Below are positions 33,491 to 43,251 of a DNA stretch of 64,000 nucleotides, piece by piece; positions within the stretch are counted from its first letter, which is position 1, and the number at the start of each line of letters is the position of its first letter. The position numbers and the translations under genes are program-made. Where the stretch lies: positions 52,032 through 116,031 of the forward strand of contig JBMNFY010000016.1 of assembly GCA_050949565.1 (NCBI GenBank). The letters run 5' to 3'. The stretch is from Kiritimatiellia bacterium (GTDB lineage: Bacteria > Verrucomicrobiota > Kiritimatiellia > RFP12 > UBA1067). The notes beneath the pieces were generated by a model. That model ran no database searches, was not told the origin of the DNA, and saw only the letters and a list, made by a program, of their open reading frames with translations.

Positions 33491-36334
33491 CTACCTTCCC
33501 TCAAGCGTGTACCCGGCGAAGCGCACAAAAATACCGCGCCAATCGTCCAGATACGCCATCAGAATCTCCCGCGCCAATCCTTCCGAATCGCCGCACCGGA
33601 AAAGCGCCGCCGCCGCGAACAGTTCGATCATCGCCCGAGAAAACTGCGCCGACTCCACACTTACGGGCTGCGTGCCGGTATCGCGGTGCCCCCGTACGCC
33701 GGGCTTGCGCAAAAACTCGGCCAGCGCGGGTGCCGCCGCCGGATCGCCGATGCGCCCGAGCGCCATCAGCACCGACCGCAACGTGTTGAAACTGGTTTCG
33801 GCGTGGCACTGCTGTAGCTTGCGGACCAGTGCGGCGGTGGCCCGCCGGTCGCGCGGGATGGCGGACACCCACATCGCGCCGTCCAGTTCGGGCACCGAGA
33901 GAAATCCCTCCCAATCGTAGGCGGGGCCGTCAGCGATCGGCGTCTCATCGATCCAAGCGGTCAGCAGCGGAACGCCTGCGGGGTCGCCCAGCAGACAGAG
34001 CGCCTTTGCCGTTGCCACGGTCGGATTACGGGCCAACGCATCGCGCAACGGCTGGCATGCGGCCTGTTCGCCACGCGCCAGCGTCAGCAAATTCGTGGGG
34101 TTCGCGGGGTCCTGCGCCGCATCCCGTAGCTCGGCATCCGTGGGCGGCGGCAGATCGCGCGTGAGTTCGCCGAGTTTGTCCGCTGGCAGAATATCGATCT
34201 CTGCCAGATGGCGCTGCAACGCATGGATATCCACCGTGCGCGGCGTGGTTCCGTTTTTGATACAGAGCGCCGCCGCATGACCGGCCGCATAGCCCAGATT
34301 CAGCACGTCGGGATTCATGCGCATGATGGCCTGTACGTCGTGCGTGGTGGAGTAGCAGCGCCCGACCGCCATGATGTTCTCCAAACCAGCGGGCAGAATC
34401 GCGCGCAGCGGCACGTACACCGTCAGGTCGCGATCACGCACATGTTTGGTCATCGGCATCAGTCCCGCGAATGAATAATCGCTGCTGTAGAAACCGTGCG
34501 GATCGAAGGCCGACGCCGACACCGCGATGACATCCCGGTAGGTACGCCCCGCATTCACGTCGCGCTCATCGATCACCCAATCGCCTTTGATGCGGCGCGT
34601 TTCGCGGATCTGCGCCATCGGAAAGTTCTGCGTGCCGCCGCCGCGCGCGGCCAGCACATGGTGCATGGTGAAGCCTGCGATGTCGATCGGATCGGCGGGT
34701 AGCGAGTTGGCGTAGAGGTCGCGCCGGTCGCGCGTGTTCTTGCCGTCACTGCCGCTGCTGGCTCGTTTTTGGCCCATAAACGAGGCTTCTTCCAAACAAA
34801 GGTCGCCGTCGTTCAGGTAGAAGAACGTGGCACCGGCCGCCGCGCAGACATCGCCCTCGCCCGAAGCGTCGATCACCACTTTGCCGAGCGCCACGCCGCG
34901 TCCAAGCCAAGTCGCAACCTCGACTCCCGCCACCGTCTGACCGCGCATGACCGCGCCCATGGCCAGCGAGTGGTACCAGACATCGACTTTCGCCTCGCGC
35001 AACAACCGCGCATACTGCGGGTCGCCTTTGCCGCGCCACTCTTGGTTGAAGCCGTGACGGTAGCCGCGCCAGAATCCTTTGATGCCCAGCGCCACGTTGC
35101 CCCCGATGAAGCCCGCTTGTTCGATCATCAGCGTGCGCGCACCGCCACGCGCCGCCGCGATGGCCGCAGCATGACCGGCCGGTCCACTGCCGACCACGAC
35201 CACGTCATACTCCGCCCAGACCGGAATCGCGTCGCGCGCTTGCGACACCGTCTCGCGTTGTCGCGCGCGGTAGGGTCGCTCGGCCTCGCTCAATTGACGA
35301 ATGGCTAGCGCGGGCAGCGTGTCGGCCGTCGGCGCCGCAGTCTTGACCCGGACGGTTCCGGGCGTCGGCAGTGTGGCTGCACGCGCCTCCTGCAGCGCGG
35401 CCATTCCGACACGCTCCCCGATCTCCGACAGCGTCACGGGGTGCATCAGGGCGCGCGCCGCCTCGCGGCTGACCGACGCCGCCGAACTGAGCACGTAGAG
35501 CCGCTCCGTTCCTGCTGGCCGCAAGACGCCCAGATCGAGCTTGGCGGTTTTCGGCAACTCCGCGCCCTCCCATGTGGCCGATCCGACTAGCGCGGCGGGC
35601 AGAACAAAGTTCATGGCATGCGCAAAGGGCGGGTTGGCATACGTGTGCCATGTTTCGCGCAACGCATGCTCGGCACGGTTGATCGCCGCCCACGTTAAAG
35701 CCGTCATGGGGGCGTCCTGTTCGATCATCTCGCGCGTCTTGCGGTCGGCCGCACGGCGCGGACGCGACACGCGCAGCGTCTCGACGCGCCACGGCTCGCG
35801 ACGCGCACCGGCGGCTTCGGCGACTGCCCCTGCGGGCGTGGCGTCGATCACCACCTTAGCGATCACCGCCTGCAAGCCAGCCTTGTTGGCCGTCACCACA
35901 CCGCACAAGCGGTTCTGATCATCGACCAACACACCGCCGTGACGCGTGTTGTAGAGAAACGTGACGCCGGCCTCCAGCAGCAGTTTCGCCGCGACCACCG
36001 GATAGCGTGATGCGCTGGTTTCGCGCAGGAGCGCTTTGCTGAACTCCGTTGTGGGTTTGGGTCCCTGCTGAAGTTCATCGAAGCGATCCTTGGTCATTAC
36101 TTCGCCGCCAAGAAACGTGGTCTCGTTGAGCAGCATGACGCGCGCACCTTGACGCGCGGCGTTCCACGCCGCCGCCATGCCGCCTTCATTGCCGCCGACA
36201 ACCACGATATCCACGCGGTCGATCACCGGTACCGTCCGCGCCGGTGCCTCCACATACCGTTCCTGCGCTCGACCCGTTGCTACCAGCATCGCCACAGCGA
36301 AAGCAATCCTCATGATTTTAATTTGCATCTTCAC
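33491..36334 (-). CDS. Exported two-domain FAD-dependent oxidoreductase with HEAT-like tail
   Basis: Two Rossmann motifs (DIVVVGGNEGG, DVVVVGSGPAG); IDAT/IDASGEGD; IRETRRIKG. Confidence 0.82.
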   Translation of the reverse strand: MKMQIKIMRIAFAVAMLVATGRAQERYVEAPARTVPVIDRVDIVVVGGNEGGMAAAWNAARQGARVMLLNETTFLGGEVMTKDRFDELQQGPKPTTEFSKALLRETSASRYPVVAAKLLLEAGVTFLYNTRHGGVLVDDQNRLCGVVTANKAGLQAVIAKVVIDATPAGAVAEAAGARREPWRVETLRVSRPRRAADRKTREMIEQDAPMTALTWAAINRAEHALRETWHTYANPPFAHAMNFVLPAALVGSATWEGAELPKTAKLDLGVLRPAGTERLYVLSSAASVSREAARALMHPVTLSEIGERVGMAALQEARAATLPTPGTVRVKTAAPTADTLPALAIRQLSEAERPYRARQRETVSQARDAIPVWAEYDVVVVGSGPAGHAAAIAAARGGARTLMIEQAGFIGGNVALGIKGFWRGYRHGFNQEWRGKGDPQYARLLREAKVDVWYHSLAMGAVMRGQTVAGVEVATWLGRGVALGKVVIDASGEGDVCAAAGATFFYLNDGDLCLEEASFMGQKRASSGSDGKNTRDRRDLYANSLPADPIDIAGFTMHHVLAARGGGTQNFPMAQIRETRRIKGDWVIDERDVNAGRTYRDVIAVSASAFDPHGFYSSDYSFAGLMPMTKHVRDRDLTVYVPLRAILPAGLENIMAVGRCYSTTHDVQAIMRMNPDVLNLGYAAGHAAALCIKNGTTPRTVDIHALQRHLAEIDILPADKLGELTRDLPPPTDAELRDAAQDPANPTNLLTLARGEQAACQPLRDALARNPTVATAKALCLLGDPAGVPLLTAWIDETPIADGPAYDWEGFLSVPELDGAMWVSAIPRDRRATAALVRKLQQCHAETSFNTLRSVLMALGRIGDPAAAPALAEFLRKPGVRGHRDTGTQPVSVESAQFSRAMIELFAAAALFRCGDSEGLAREILMAYLDDWRGIFVRFAGYTLEGR

Positions 36335-36382
36335 GCCCTCACATGAAACAACCGAGCAACGCTTTTACACTCGCCGCTGCGC

Positions 36383-36525
36383 GCCACTGCGTGGTCGCAA
36401 CAAAAAAGGTTGGCTTGCGCCTTGCGACCGGGGCGCCTTGCGGCTGGCGGGGACGCTCACTCCCCCCCCAAAAAAACTCTGCGTCTCTGCGCCTCTGCGT
36501 TAAACAAAAAGCTGAGCCATGCCAA
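36383..36525. repeat. Trimer module (CTCTGCG x3) and CCAC..GTGGTCGCAA palindrome
   Basis: cccccccaaaaaaa-ctctgcgtctctgcgcctctgcg-ttaaacaaaaagctgagccatgcc. Confidence 0.75.
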
Positions 36526-36554
36526 AACAAACAACCTGTTTTTTGTTGAACTTA

Positions 36555-37331
36555 TCAAAACACAAGGCGCCGACTGACCTGCGTTTGGCTGAGGACATCC
36601 ACGTGTACATCGGCGCGTCCGGCTTTGACAAGCGCCTGGCGCATGGTGTTGAATGCCAAGGCTGGCGTGTTGCACTCCCCGCTCAGATGCGCCAGCCAGA
36701 GCGTGTGCATCTGGCGGGGGATCGCGGCGCTCATCAACGCGGCCGCGTCGTCGTTGGAGAGGTGGCCGCTGCGGCCGGCGATGCGCGTCTTGAGCGACCA
36801 CGGGCGGTCGGACTGCATCAGCATATCATAGTCGTGGTTGCTCTCGACAATCGCCACATGGCACCGCGCCAGCTTGGCGCGAACCAGCGGGGTGGCCTGT
36901 CCCAGATCGGTCACCACGCAGAGGCGCGAGGTCCCGTCGTCAAAGACAAACCCGACGGGATCGGCCGCGTCGTGCGACACCGTGAACGCCTCTACGCGCA
37001 GGTCGCCGACCTCGAAGGTTGAGGCGGTCTCAAAAATCTGCCACTGGAACACGCCCTTCGGACAGCGTGCTTCGATGCCAGAGGCGGTACCCTCGTTTGC
37101 GAACAGCGGCAATGCATGTTTGCGGCCGAGGATCTCAATGCCCCGGTAGTGGTCTTCGTGGTCGTGCGTCAGCAAGATGCCTCGGAGCGATCCCGGCGCA
37201 ATACCAGCCGTGCGCAATCGGGCGGTCAACTCGCGCGCGGAAAGTCCGGCATCCACCAGCAGCGATGTGCCGCCGCCCGACACATAGATGCTGTTGCCCC
37301 TACTCCCACTCGCTAGTACGCAGACTTCCAT
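36555..37331 (-). CDS. MBL-fold metallo-hydrolase (YycJ/WalJ-like)
   Basis: LASGSRGN, THDHEDH, SHDAADP, TDLG, ESNHD, GHLSN. Confidence 0.9.
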   Translation of the reverse strand: MEVCVLASGSRGNSIYVSGGGTSLLVDAGLSARELTARLRTAGIAPGSLRGILLTHDHEDHYRGIEILGRKHALPLFANEGTASGIEARCPKGVFQWQIFETASTFEVGDLRVEAFTVSHDAADPVGFVFDDGTSRLCVVTDLGQATPLVRAKLARCHVAIVESNHDYDMLMQSDRPWSLKTRIAGRSGHLSNDDAAALMSAAIPRQMHTLWLAHLSGECNTPALAFNTMRQALVKAGRADVHVDVLSQTQVSRRLVF

Positions 37332-37351
37332 ACGTTACCCCGTCCGGTGGA

Positions 37352-37798
37352 CTACTCCACAGTAGCGGTCGGACTCGAATCCATCACTAACCGATAATGC
37401 TTGAGGAAGGTGGCGATGACCTCCTGCGCCGTCACGTCGGTAATCCGGTAGTTATGCGGCTCTTCCCTAAACATGCTCTCGTATTTGACCAGGCGCGTGC
37501 CGCGGTTAAGGCGCACCTCGGCCTGCGGCAGGATGCCGGTCTGCACGAAATGCTTCATTACCCGGAAACTGATCTCCTCTACGTCGCCCATCCGCACGCT
37601 CAACGTCACCGATGCCGGCGCACGGCGTACCTGCGCGAGGCGGCCGTGCTTACGGGACAATTCATCTGCGATCTCGTTCAGTGCCGGCAACGCCACGGCG
37701 TCGAGAAACGCCTCGAACTGCGCGTTCTCCTGTTCTGCGCGCGTTGCGCGGAGCCTTCCCTCCAAGATCTCGCCCAACTCATTCCGCCAGTCACTCAT
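37352..37798 (-). CDS. Hypothetical protein
   Basis: Operon-like packing with both neighbours; typical codon usage. Confidence 0.7.
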   Translation of the reverse strand: MSDWRNELGEILEGRLRATRAEQENAQFEAFLDAVALPALNEIADELSRKHGRLAQVRRAPASVTLSVRMGDVEEISFRVMKHFVQTGILPQAEVRLNRGTRLVKYESMFREEPHNYRITDVTAQEVIATFLKHYRLVMDSSPTATVE

Positions 37799-37843
37799 GT
37801 TCAGCCCCCGTTCTTTGTTGGTATCCGTTTTTCGTTCTGCCAT

Positions 37844-38515
37844 CTATTTCGTCTTCACCCGCGACACCGCCTGCCGCAATGCGGGCAGCAGGCACAGCGC
37901 CACCTGTTCGTTGCCTGCACGGTTGGGATGGTCGGTCTCATCCCAGAAGGGCGGCAACCGGTTGGGCTTGACGTCGATCTGCATGTTCGGCACATACAGG
38001 CACTCGTACTCATCACATATCGCACGTTCCATGCGGGCGATCTGTTCAGCCAGTTCGAAGCGCGAAGCATCAAACTCCGTACAGACCTCCTCCCAGAAAT
38101 CGCGATCGCCAAAGCAGCTTGCCACGACCACCTGCATCCCGCGTCGGCGCGCCTCCTTCACCATCGCACGTAGGTCGCCGCCCATCACCGAAACCGGACG
38201 CGAATTGCGCCAGAAATCATTAGCGCCGAGTGCGATCAGCACCACATCGGGGTTGTGCGCCAGCACGTCGCGGTCGTAACGTGCGCGCCCGCCGTCCAAA
38301 GTGTCGCCGCCGATCCCGGCATCAATCACCCGCACATCCGGCATAAGACGTTGCAACCAATGGCTAAAATGACCGCCCGCCCCTCCGCAGGAGGTCAGGC
38401 TATCCCCCAGACAGACCAACACCGGGCGTCGGTCGCGTGCGCCCGCTATCACAAGGGCCGCCGCCAAGCAGACCCCCAAGACTGTCATCCCAATCAACAC
38501 GGCTCGTTTCTTCAA
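37844..38515 (-). CDS. SGNH/GDSL hydrolase
   Basis: LGDSLT, AGIGGDT, LGAND, DHPN. Confidence 0.9.
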   Translation of the reverse strand: MKKRAVLIGMTVLGVCLAAALVIAGARDRRPVLVCLGDSLTSCGGAGGHFSHWLQRLMPDVRVIDAGIGGDTLDGGRARYDRDVLAHNPDVVLIALGANDFWRNSRPVSVMGGDLRAMVKEARRRGMQVVVASCFGDRDFWEEVCTEFDASRFELAEQIARMERAICDEYECLYVPNMQIDVKPNRLPPFWDETDHPNRAGNEQVALCLLPALRQAVSRVKTK

Positions 38516-38646
38516 ATGGATCGATCTCCCTTCATATCCTTAAAAAGACTCCGTTCTTTATATCACAAACCCATGTCCGCAAAAAGCATGGTTTGTTGCC
38601 GGGCGGCTCCTCCTCAGCGGCGGCGCGTTACTTTGGACGATCTCCG

Positions 38647-39488
38647 CTAGTGGGAAATGCGGGCGGCGCGTTTTGCCCTGACGGCGGCAAGCCGCTCAGC
38701 ATACCACGTCATCACGCCTTGGAACATCCGTTTCGAGAATGCGTCAAAGCGCGGCTCGATAATCTTCTCCGGATGGAACTGAACGCCGATCGCGTTCGTG
38801 CTCTCAATGGCTTCGACCACGCCATCGTGTGCCCGCGCCGTCACCCGGAAGCCCGGTGCGACAGCCTTGACCGACTGATGGTGTGCGGACGGCGCATCGA
38901 ACCGTTCGCCGCCCCATTTCGCCACCCAAGAGTCAGGTTCCGACACCACTTCATGCGGCACGGGAAAGCGTGTTTTCCCCTTGTAACCACGATGGCAGAC
39001 CTCCGAATTCGGATAGTCGTGGGGAATGTCCTGATGCAGCGTGCCGCCGTGATAGACGTTCAAAAGCTGACAGCCGCGGCAGATACCGAAAACCGGCATG
39101 TTGCGCTTCGCCGCCTCAGCGAGCAGCACCCATTCGAACGCATCACGATCGGGATTTGTTTCGCCCATCTGCGGTGTAAACGGTTCCCGGTAGCGCGCAG
39201 GATCAATGTCAGCTCCACCCGCGATGAGCAGAACGTCCACATGGTCGAGTGCTGCGCCAATCTCCTTCGCGTCAGTCGAGCGACCGATCAGAAAGGGCAC
39301 GCCGCCCGCCCGCCGAATGGCACTCACGTAATTTGTTCCGAGAGATATGTGTTCGGGTCCGAAGTGCGGCAGATGTCTCCGATGCCCACAACGATATCCG
39401 CACCTGCGCTCAAAGCGATCGCCAAAGACAACGTGAAGGCGGCCAGACGGCTATTCTTCCGTGTACTAGAACCGTGTTCTTGCATCAT
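38647..39488 (-). CDS. Gamma-glutamyl hydrolase (peptidase C26 / PuuD-like), frameshift at ~39340
   Basis: GGADIDP, GICRGCQ, SAHHQ, GVQFHPE. A signal-peptide-like N-terminus lies in another frame and is restored by removing a TC duplication. Confidence 0.8.
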
Positions 39489-39591
39489 TCTCTCCATCTC
39501 CATTTGCTGATTGCAGTATCATAACGATAGTTGTCCGGGGCTGACAACAGACATCATCGCCAAGGCGAATACGGAAAAAGCGAGATTCCGC

Positions 39592-39620
39592 TTGTCACTC
39601 ACGGCGGATTCTCTTACGCT
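39592..39620 (+). promoter_or_regulatory. Sigma70 promoter for lptD
   Basis: TTGTCA-N17-TACGCT. Confidence 0.55.
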
Positions 39621-39673
39621 TAAATCAATGGAACGGCAAGCGGCTTAACTTTCACTCAGATGGCAAAACGACA

Positions 39674-41941
39674 ATGAAGCACTTCCTCCTTGTGGCTAGG
39701 CTGATCGGCCTGACGGCCTGTATCATGGTTGCGGTACGCGCATGGGCGCAAGGCGGCGGCATGGTGCCGTTGCCGAAGCAGCCGGGCAACGATGGCCTCG
39801 AAATCACGGCAGACAAATTCGAGGTCGATCAAAAGAGCGGATGGACTACCGCCACGGGCAACGTACGCATCAAAACCGGCGAGCACGAGATGAGCGCCGA
39901 TCGCGTGCGCTTGCATCAGGAGAAGGGGGACGTCCAAGCACGCGGTAACGTGGTGTTGCGTCAGCGCGGATTCGGCGCGTGGTCCGGCGATTACATTGAG
40001 TACAATTACAAGACGGGCAAAGGTCTCACCGGCCTCGGCGAACTGCGGGCCGGTGTCTACCACATTGGCGCCAAAGATGTGACCCGGCGCGAGGACGGCC
40101 GGTTCGACGCCCGCTACGCCGAAATCACCACCTGCACCAATGGTCCGGGCCACCGCCACTGGCGCATGACCGGACACGTGCGCTACAAGGACAATGACTA
40201 CATCGAGGTTTTCGATGCCGTGCCGTGGCTGTTCGGCGTACCCTTCGCCTACCTCCCGTATTGGTTCCGCGACCTCGACACGCACTACGGCTTCCGGCTG
40301 GTGCCCGGCTACACCTCGCGCTGGGGCGCCTACATGCTGGGCGGCTATGTCTACAACATCTACAGATCGCCGCATGAGAACGGCCCCAAGTTGGACGGCA
40401 CCACACGCCTCGACTACCGCACCAAGCGCGGTGTGGCTGTTGGCCAGAACCTGCGCTGGGATCTCAAGGAGTACGGGCGCGGCAGATTCGAATCATACTA
40501 CGCTTGGGACCAAGACCCGCCCGACAGGCGGCGCGACAGAAACTGGATGTCTGACGTAGACGACAACCGTTACCGTTTCCGCCTCTTCCATGAGGCCGAT
40601 ATCACGCCGCGCGATCAGTTTATTTTGCGTGGCACGGTCAACAGCGACTCCGAGATGCGCCACGATTTCTTCGAGAGAGAAAATCGTGGCGAAAGCACAC
40701 CGATGAACTTCGTCTCGTTGGCGCACCGCGAGCACACGTGGGCTGCGGGCGCGATGGTGAGCGGTCCCCTCAATGATTTCTACGCCGGCGTGGCGCGCCT
40801 GCCCGAGGGCTGGTTGAACATCGTGCCGCAGCCGCTCTTTGGTACCGGCTTGAACTACGAGAGCCAGACGCGCGCCGGCATTCTCAACCGCGACGCCGCC
40901 CGCTACGATCGCGCCCTGCCGAAATTCATGTACTATCCGGGTTCTTGGGCCGACTACGATCTGACGCGCGTCGACACTGCTCACCGCGTAACCGCGCCGG
41001 TAAAGATCGGTGATGCGGTCAGCGTCGTACCGCGTGCCGGTTATCGCGCTACTTGGTACTCGGACTCCGAATCCGACAGCAGCGTCGCTCGTCACAGTGC
41101 CGATCTCGGTGTTGAAGCTTCCACGCGCGCGACCGCCGACTTCGACAATGGCTACCGGCATGTTTTTGAGCCGTATCTCGATTACAGCTACCAGCCCACG
41201 CACTTCGATCTGGATAATGGACGCGCCTACACCTTCGACCGTTTCGACCGCTCGATCGAGTGGTTCGATCAGTTCGGCATGGACGGCACATGGCTTCCTT
41301 ATGATTGGCACGGTGTGCGGCCCGGTGTGCGCAACCTGCTTCAGACGCGCGACGAGAAGGGACGCATGCGCACGGTGGTCGATTGGGACGTCTACACCGC
41401 CTTCCAAATCGATGCCGACGGCCCGCTCGACGAGGGGGGCCTGCGCATGGCTGGCAGCCGGTTGCTTGTCAGTCCGGACGAAGCGCTCGATATCAAGGTA
41501 CAAGGCGATTGGGACGTCGAAGAGGAAACCTTCGCCTACGTCGATCTGAGCGCCTTCTACAAGCTCAACGAGAAAATCCGTTTCGGCGGCGGCTATCTTG
41601 CGCGCGACCACCAGTTGTACGACTACGATGTTTCACCGATCATGCAGTGGAACCGGGTCAAGGAGAGCTTGATATACGGCGGCTTCACGCACGACATTAA
41701 CGATACATGGTCGTGGAGCCTCTACACGCGCTACGACCTGCGCTACAACGAGGTAGACGAGGTGGGGGGCTTCATCCAGTACAGCCTCGACTGCCTAGTC
41801 TTCCAACTCCGTGCGGCATACATCAACGACTTCGAGCGCATCGATCGCATCAGCGAGCGCGACAACGACTTCCGCATCTCCATCATGATGTGGCTGCGCG
41901 CGCATGACCGCGCACCGGACGACGAGTGGCTGACCTGGTAG
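39674..41941 (+). CDS. lptD: LPS-assembly outer membrane protein LptD
   Basis: OstA-like N-domain (EITADK, ATGNVRI, ARGNV), ITTC, PFAYLPYW; aromatic-rich beta-barrel region. Confidence 0.85.
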   Translation: MKHFLLVARLIGLTACIMVAVRAWAQGGGMVPLPKQPGNDGLEITADKFEVDQKSGWTTATGNVRIKTGEHEMSADRVRLHQEKGDVQARGNVVLRQRGFGAWSGDYIEYNYKTGKGLTGLGELRAGVYHIGAKDVTRREDGRFDARYAEITTCTNGPGHRHWRMTGHVRYKDNDYIEVFDAVPWLFGVPFAYLPYWFRDLDTHYGFRLVPGYTSRWGAYMLGGYVYNIYRSPHENGPKLDGTTRLDYRTKRGVAVGQNLRWDLKEYGRGRFESYYAWDQDPPDRRRDRNWMSDVDDNRYRFRLFHEADITPRDQFILRGTVNSDSEMRHDFFERENRGESTPMNFVSLAHREHTWAAGAMVSGPLNDFYAGVARLPEGWLNIVPQPLFGTGLNYESQTRAGILNRDAARYDRALPKFMYYPGSWADYDLTRVDTAHRVTAPVKIGDAVSVVPRAGYRATWYSDSESDSSVARHSADLGVEASTRATADFDNGYRHVFEPYLDYSYQPTHFDLDNGRAYTFDRFDRSIEWFDQFGMDGTWLPYDWHGVRPGVRNLLQTRDEKGRMRTVVDWDVYTAFQIDADGPLDEGGLRMAGSRLLVSPDEALDIKVQGDWDVEEETFAYVDLSAFYKLNEKIRFGGGYLARDHQLYDYDVSPIMQWNRVKESLIYGGFTHDINDTWSWSLYTRYDLRYNEVDEVGGFIQYSLDCLVFQLRAAYINDFERIDRISERDNDFRISIMMWLRAHDRAPDDEWLTW

Positions 41942-42123
41942 CCCCTCGGTTGCGATTCAACACGTTGAATTGCAACCGAAGGAGGAGTTAGCCTGCCGCT
42001 CGGCTTCGCCACGAAAAAACCATGGAGTAACTGCGACAAAATGTCCAAGTTGTAGGCAAGGAAGGAGTGTTTAGGTCTCAACACTCGAGGGCGGAGGGGG
42101 CATCCTGTTTGTGCCTCGCCTCA

Positions 42124-42272
42124 GGGTCACATATTCGAATATGTGACCCGGGCGGTGAGCAGTGAACAAAGGCTTTGCCGTGAGAGCTGACGGTCATCCG
42201 CTAGACCAATGCAGTGCGCGGCGTAGCGGGCGTGACGGGCGTCTTAGGGTCACATATTCGAATATGTGACCC
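42124..42272. repeat. Left unit: two perfect 26-bp palindromes GGGTCACATATTCGAATATGTGACCC
   Basis: Copies at 42124-42149 and 42247-42272, 97-bp spacer. Confidence 0.95.
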
Positions 42273-42289
42273 GGGGAGGAGCATGGAAA

Positions 42290-42865
42290 ATGAGAGAGGG
42301 AAAGAATGGGGCGAACTTGGCGCCAACCCTCTGGCGGACATGCCGGGTGCTGGCCAATCCCGACCGGTTGCGTTGCCTCAAGGCAGTGCTGGCGGTGCCG
42401 GGGCGGACCGTAGAGGACGTCGCCACCGTAGTTGGGCTGACAGAGCCTCAGACGAGCCTCGCTTTGCGGGCGTTGCAGTCGCGCGGCATTTTGTCGTCCC
42501 GCCGCAGGAGTCGATGGGCGCATTATTACCCAGAGGCAGATGCTTCGGTCGTGGCGGCCAGCCAGTTTTTGAGCGCCGCCAAAAGTGCCCTCATTGACAA
42601 TCACATGTCCGAGCGGGAGATGAGCAATGCGATGCGAGCCTACACCCACCCGCGCCGCATCGCGATAGTGAGGGCGCTGGCGCACGAGGACAATCTTCAG
42701 CGGGACGAGATTGGCAGCATGTTGGGCATAAGCCGAGAGGCGATGATCCGCCACCTGCGTAAACTGAAGACACTCGGTGTCGTCCGATTGAAAGACGAGA
42801 CCTACTCCCTTGCCAAGCCCAGCTCGGGTCTCGCGGAATCCCTCCGCGCCATCATCCTCGCGTGA
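42290..42865 (+). CDS. Tandem (double) ArsR-like winged-HTH protein
   Basis: VLANPDRLRCL...TVEDVA...TSLALRALQSRG and AYTHPRRIAIV...EIGSMLGISREAMIRHLRKLKTLG; GGAGGA RBS. Confidence 0.85.
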   Translation: MREGKNGANLAPTLWRTCRVLANPDRLRCLKAVLAVPGRTVEDVATVVGLTEPQTSLALRALQSRGILSSRRRSRWAHYYPEADASVVAASQFLSAAKSALIDNHMSEREMSNAMRAYTHPRRIAIVRALAHEDNLQRDEIGSMLGISREAMIRHLRKLKTLGVVRLKDETYSLAKPSSGLAESLRAIILA

Positions 42866-42920
42866 CCCGCCCCGTCGACTGCCCGTCCGTCACTCTTCCC
42901 TCGCCATCCGCATTCCACCA

Positions 42921-43067
42921 CCCCCGGGTCACATATTCGAATATGTGACCCGGGGGGACAAAGAGGGTTTTACCGTGAGAACCGACTGTGATCCACAGGG
43001 CTAAGGCGATACGGGGAGTGGTGGGTACGGCGGGTGTCGTAGGGTCACATATTCGAATATGTGACCC
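42921..43067. repeat. Right unit: two more copies of the same 26-bp palindrome
   Basis: Copies at 42926-42951 (extends to a 36-bp perfect palindrome, 42921-42956) and 43042-43067; 90-bp spacer. Confidence 0.95.
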
Positions 43068-43251
43068 GGGCGTGGGAGCTTTGATTTCAGGTTTCATTGC
43101 TCGCCATTGGTTATCGCTGCCGGTCGTCTGTCGGTCTTCTGCTTGTACAATCACGCAGGGGCTCGCAGAAGCCACTACACTGTCCTTTGCGCTGTGCCCA
43201 GAGGTGGCAGTTGAGAGCCGGGGAGTTCCCAAACCTTGAGGGCAAGGAGGT

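Noticed and set aside
42124-43067. CRISPR array
   Set aside because: Spacers are 90-97 bp and homologous to each other, a gene sits in the middle, and there are no cas genes.
42852-43239. ORFs containing GSHIRICDP / GHIFEYVT
   Set aside because: These are translations of the palindrome; no RBS or domain support.
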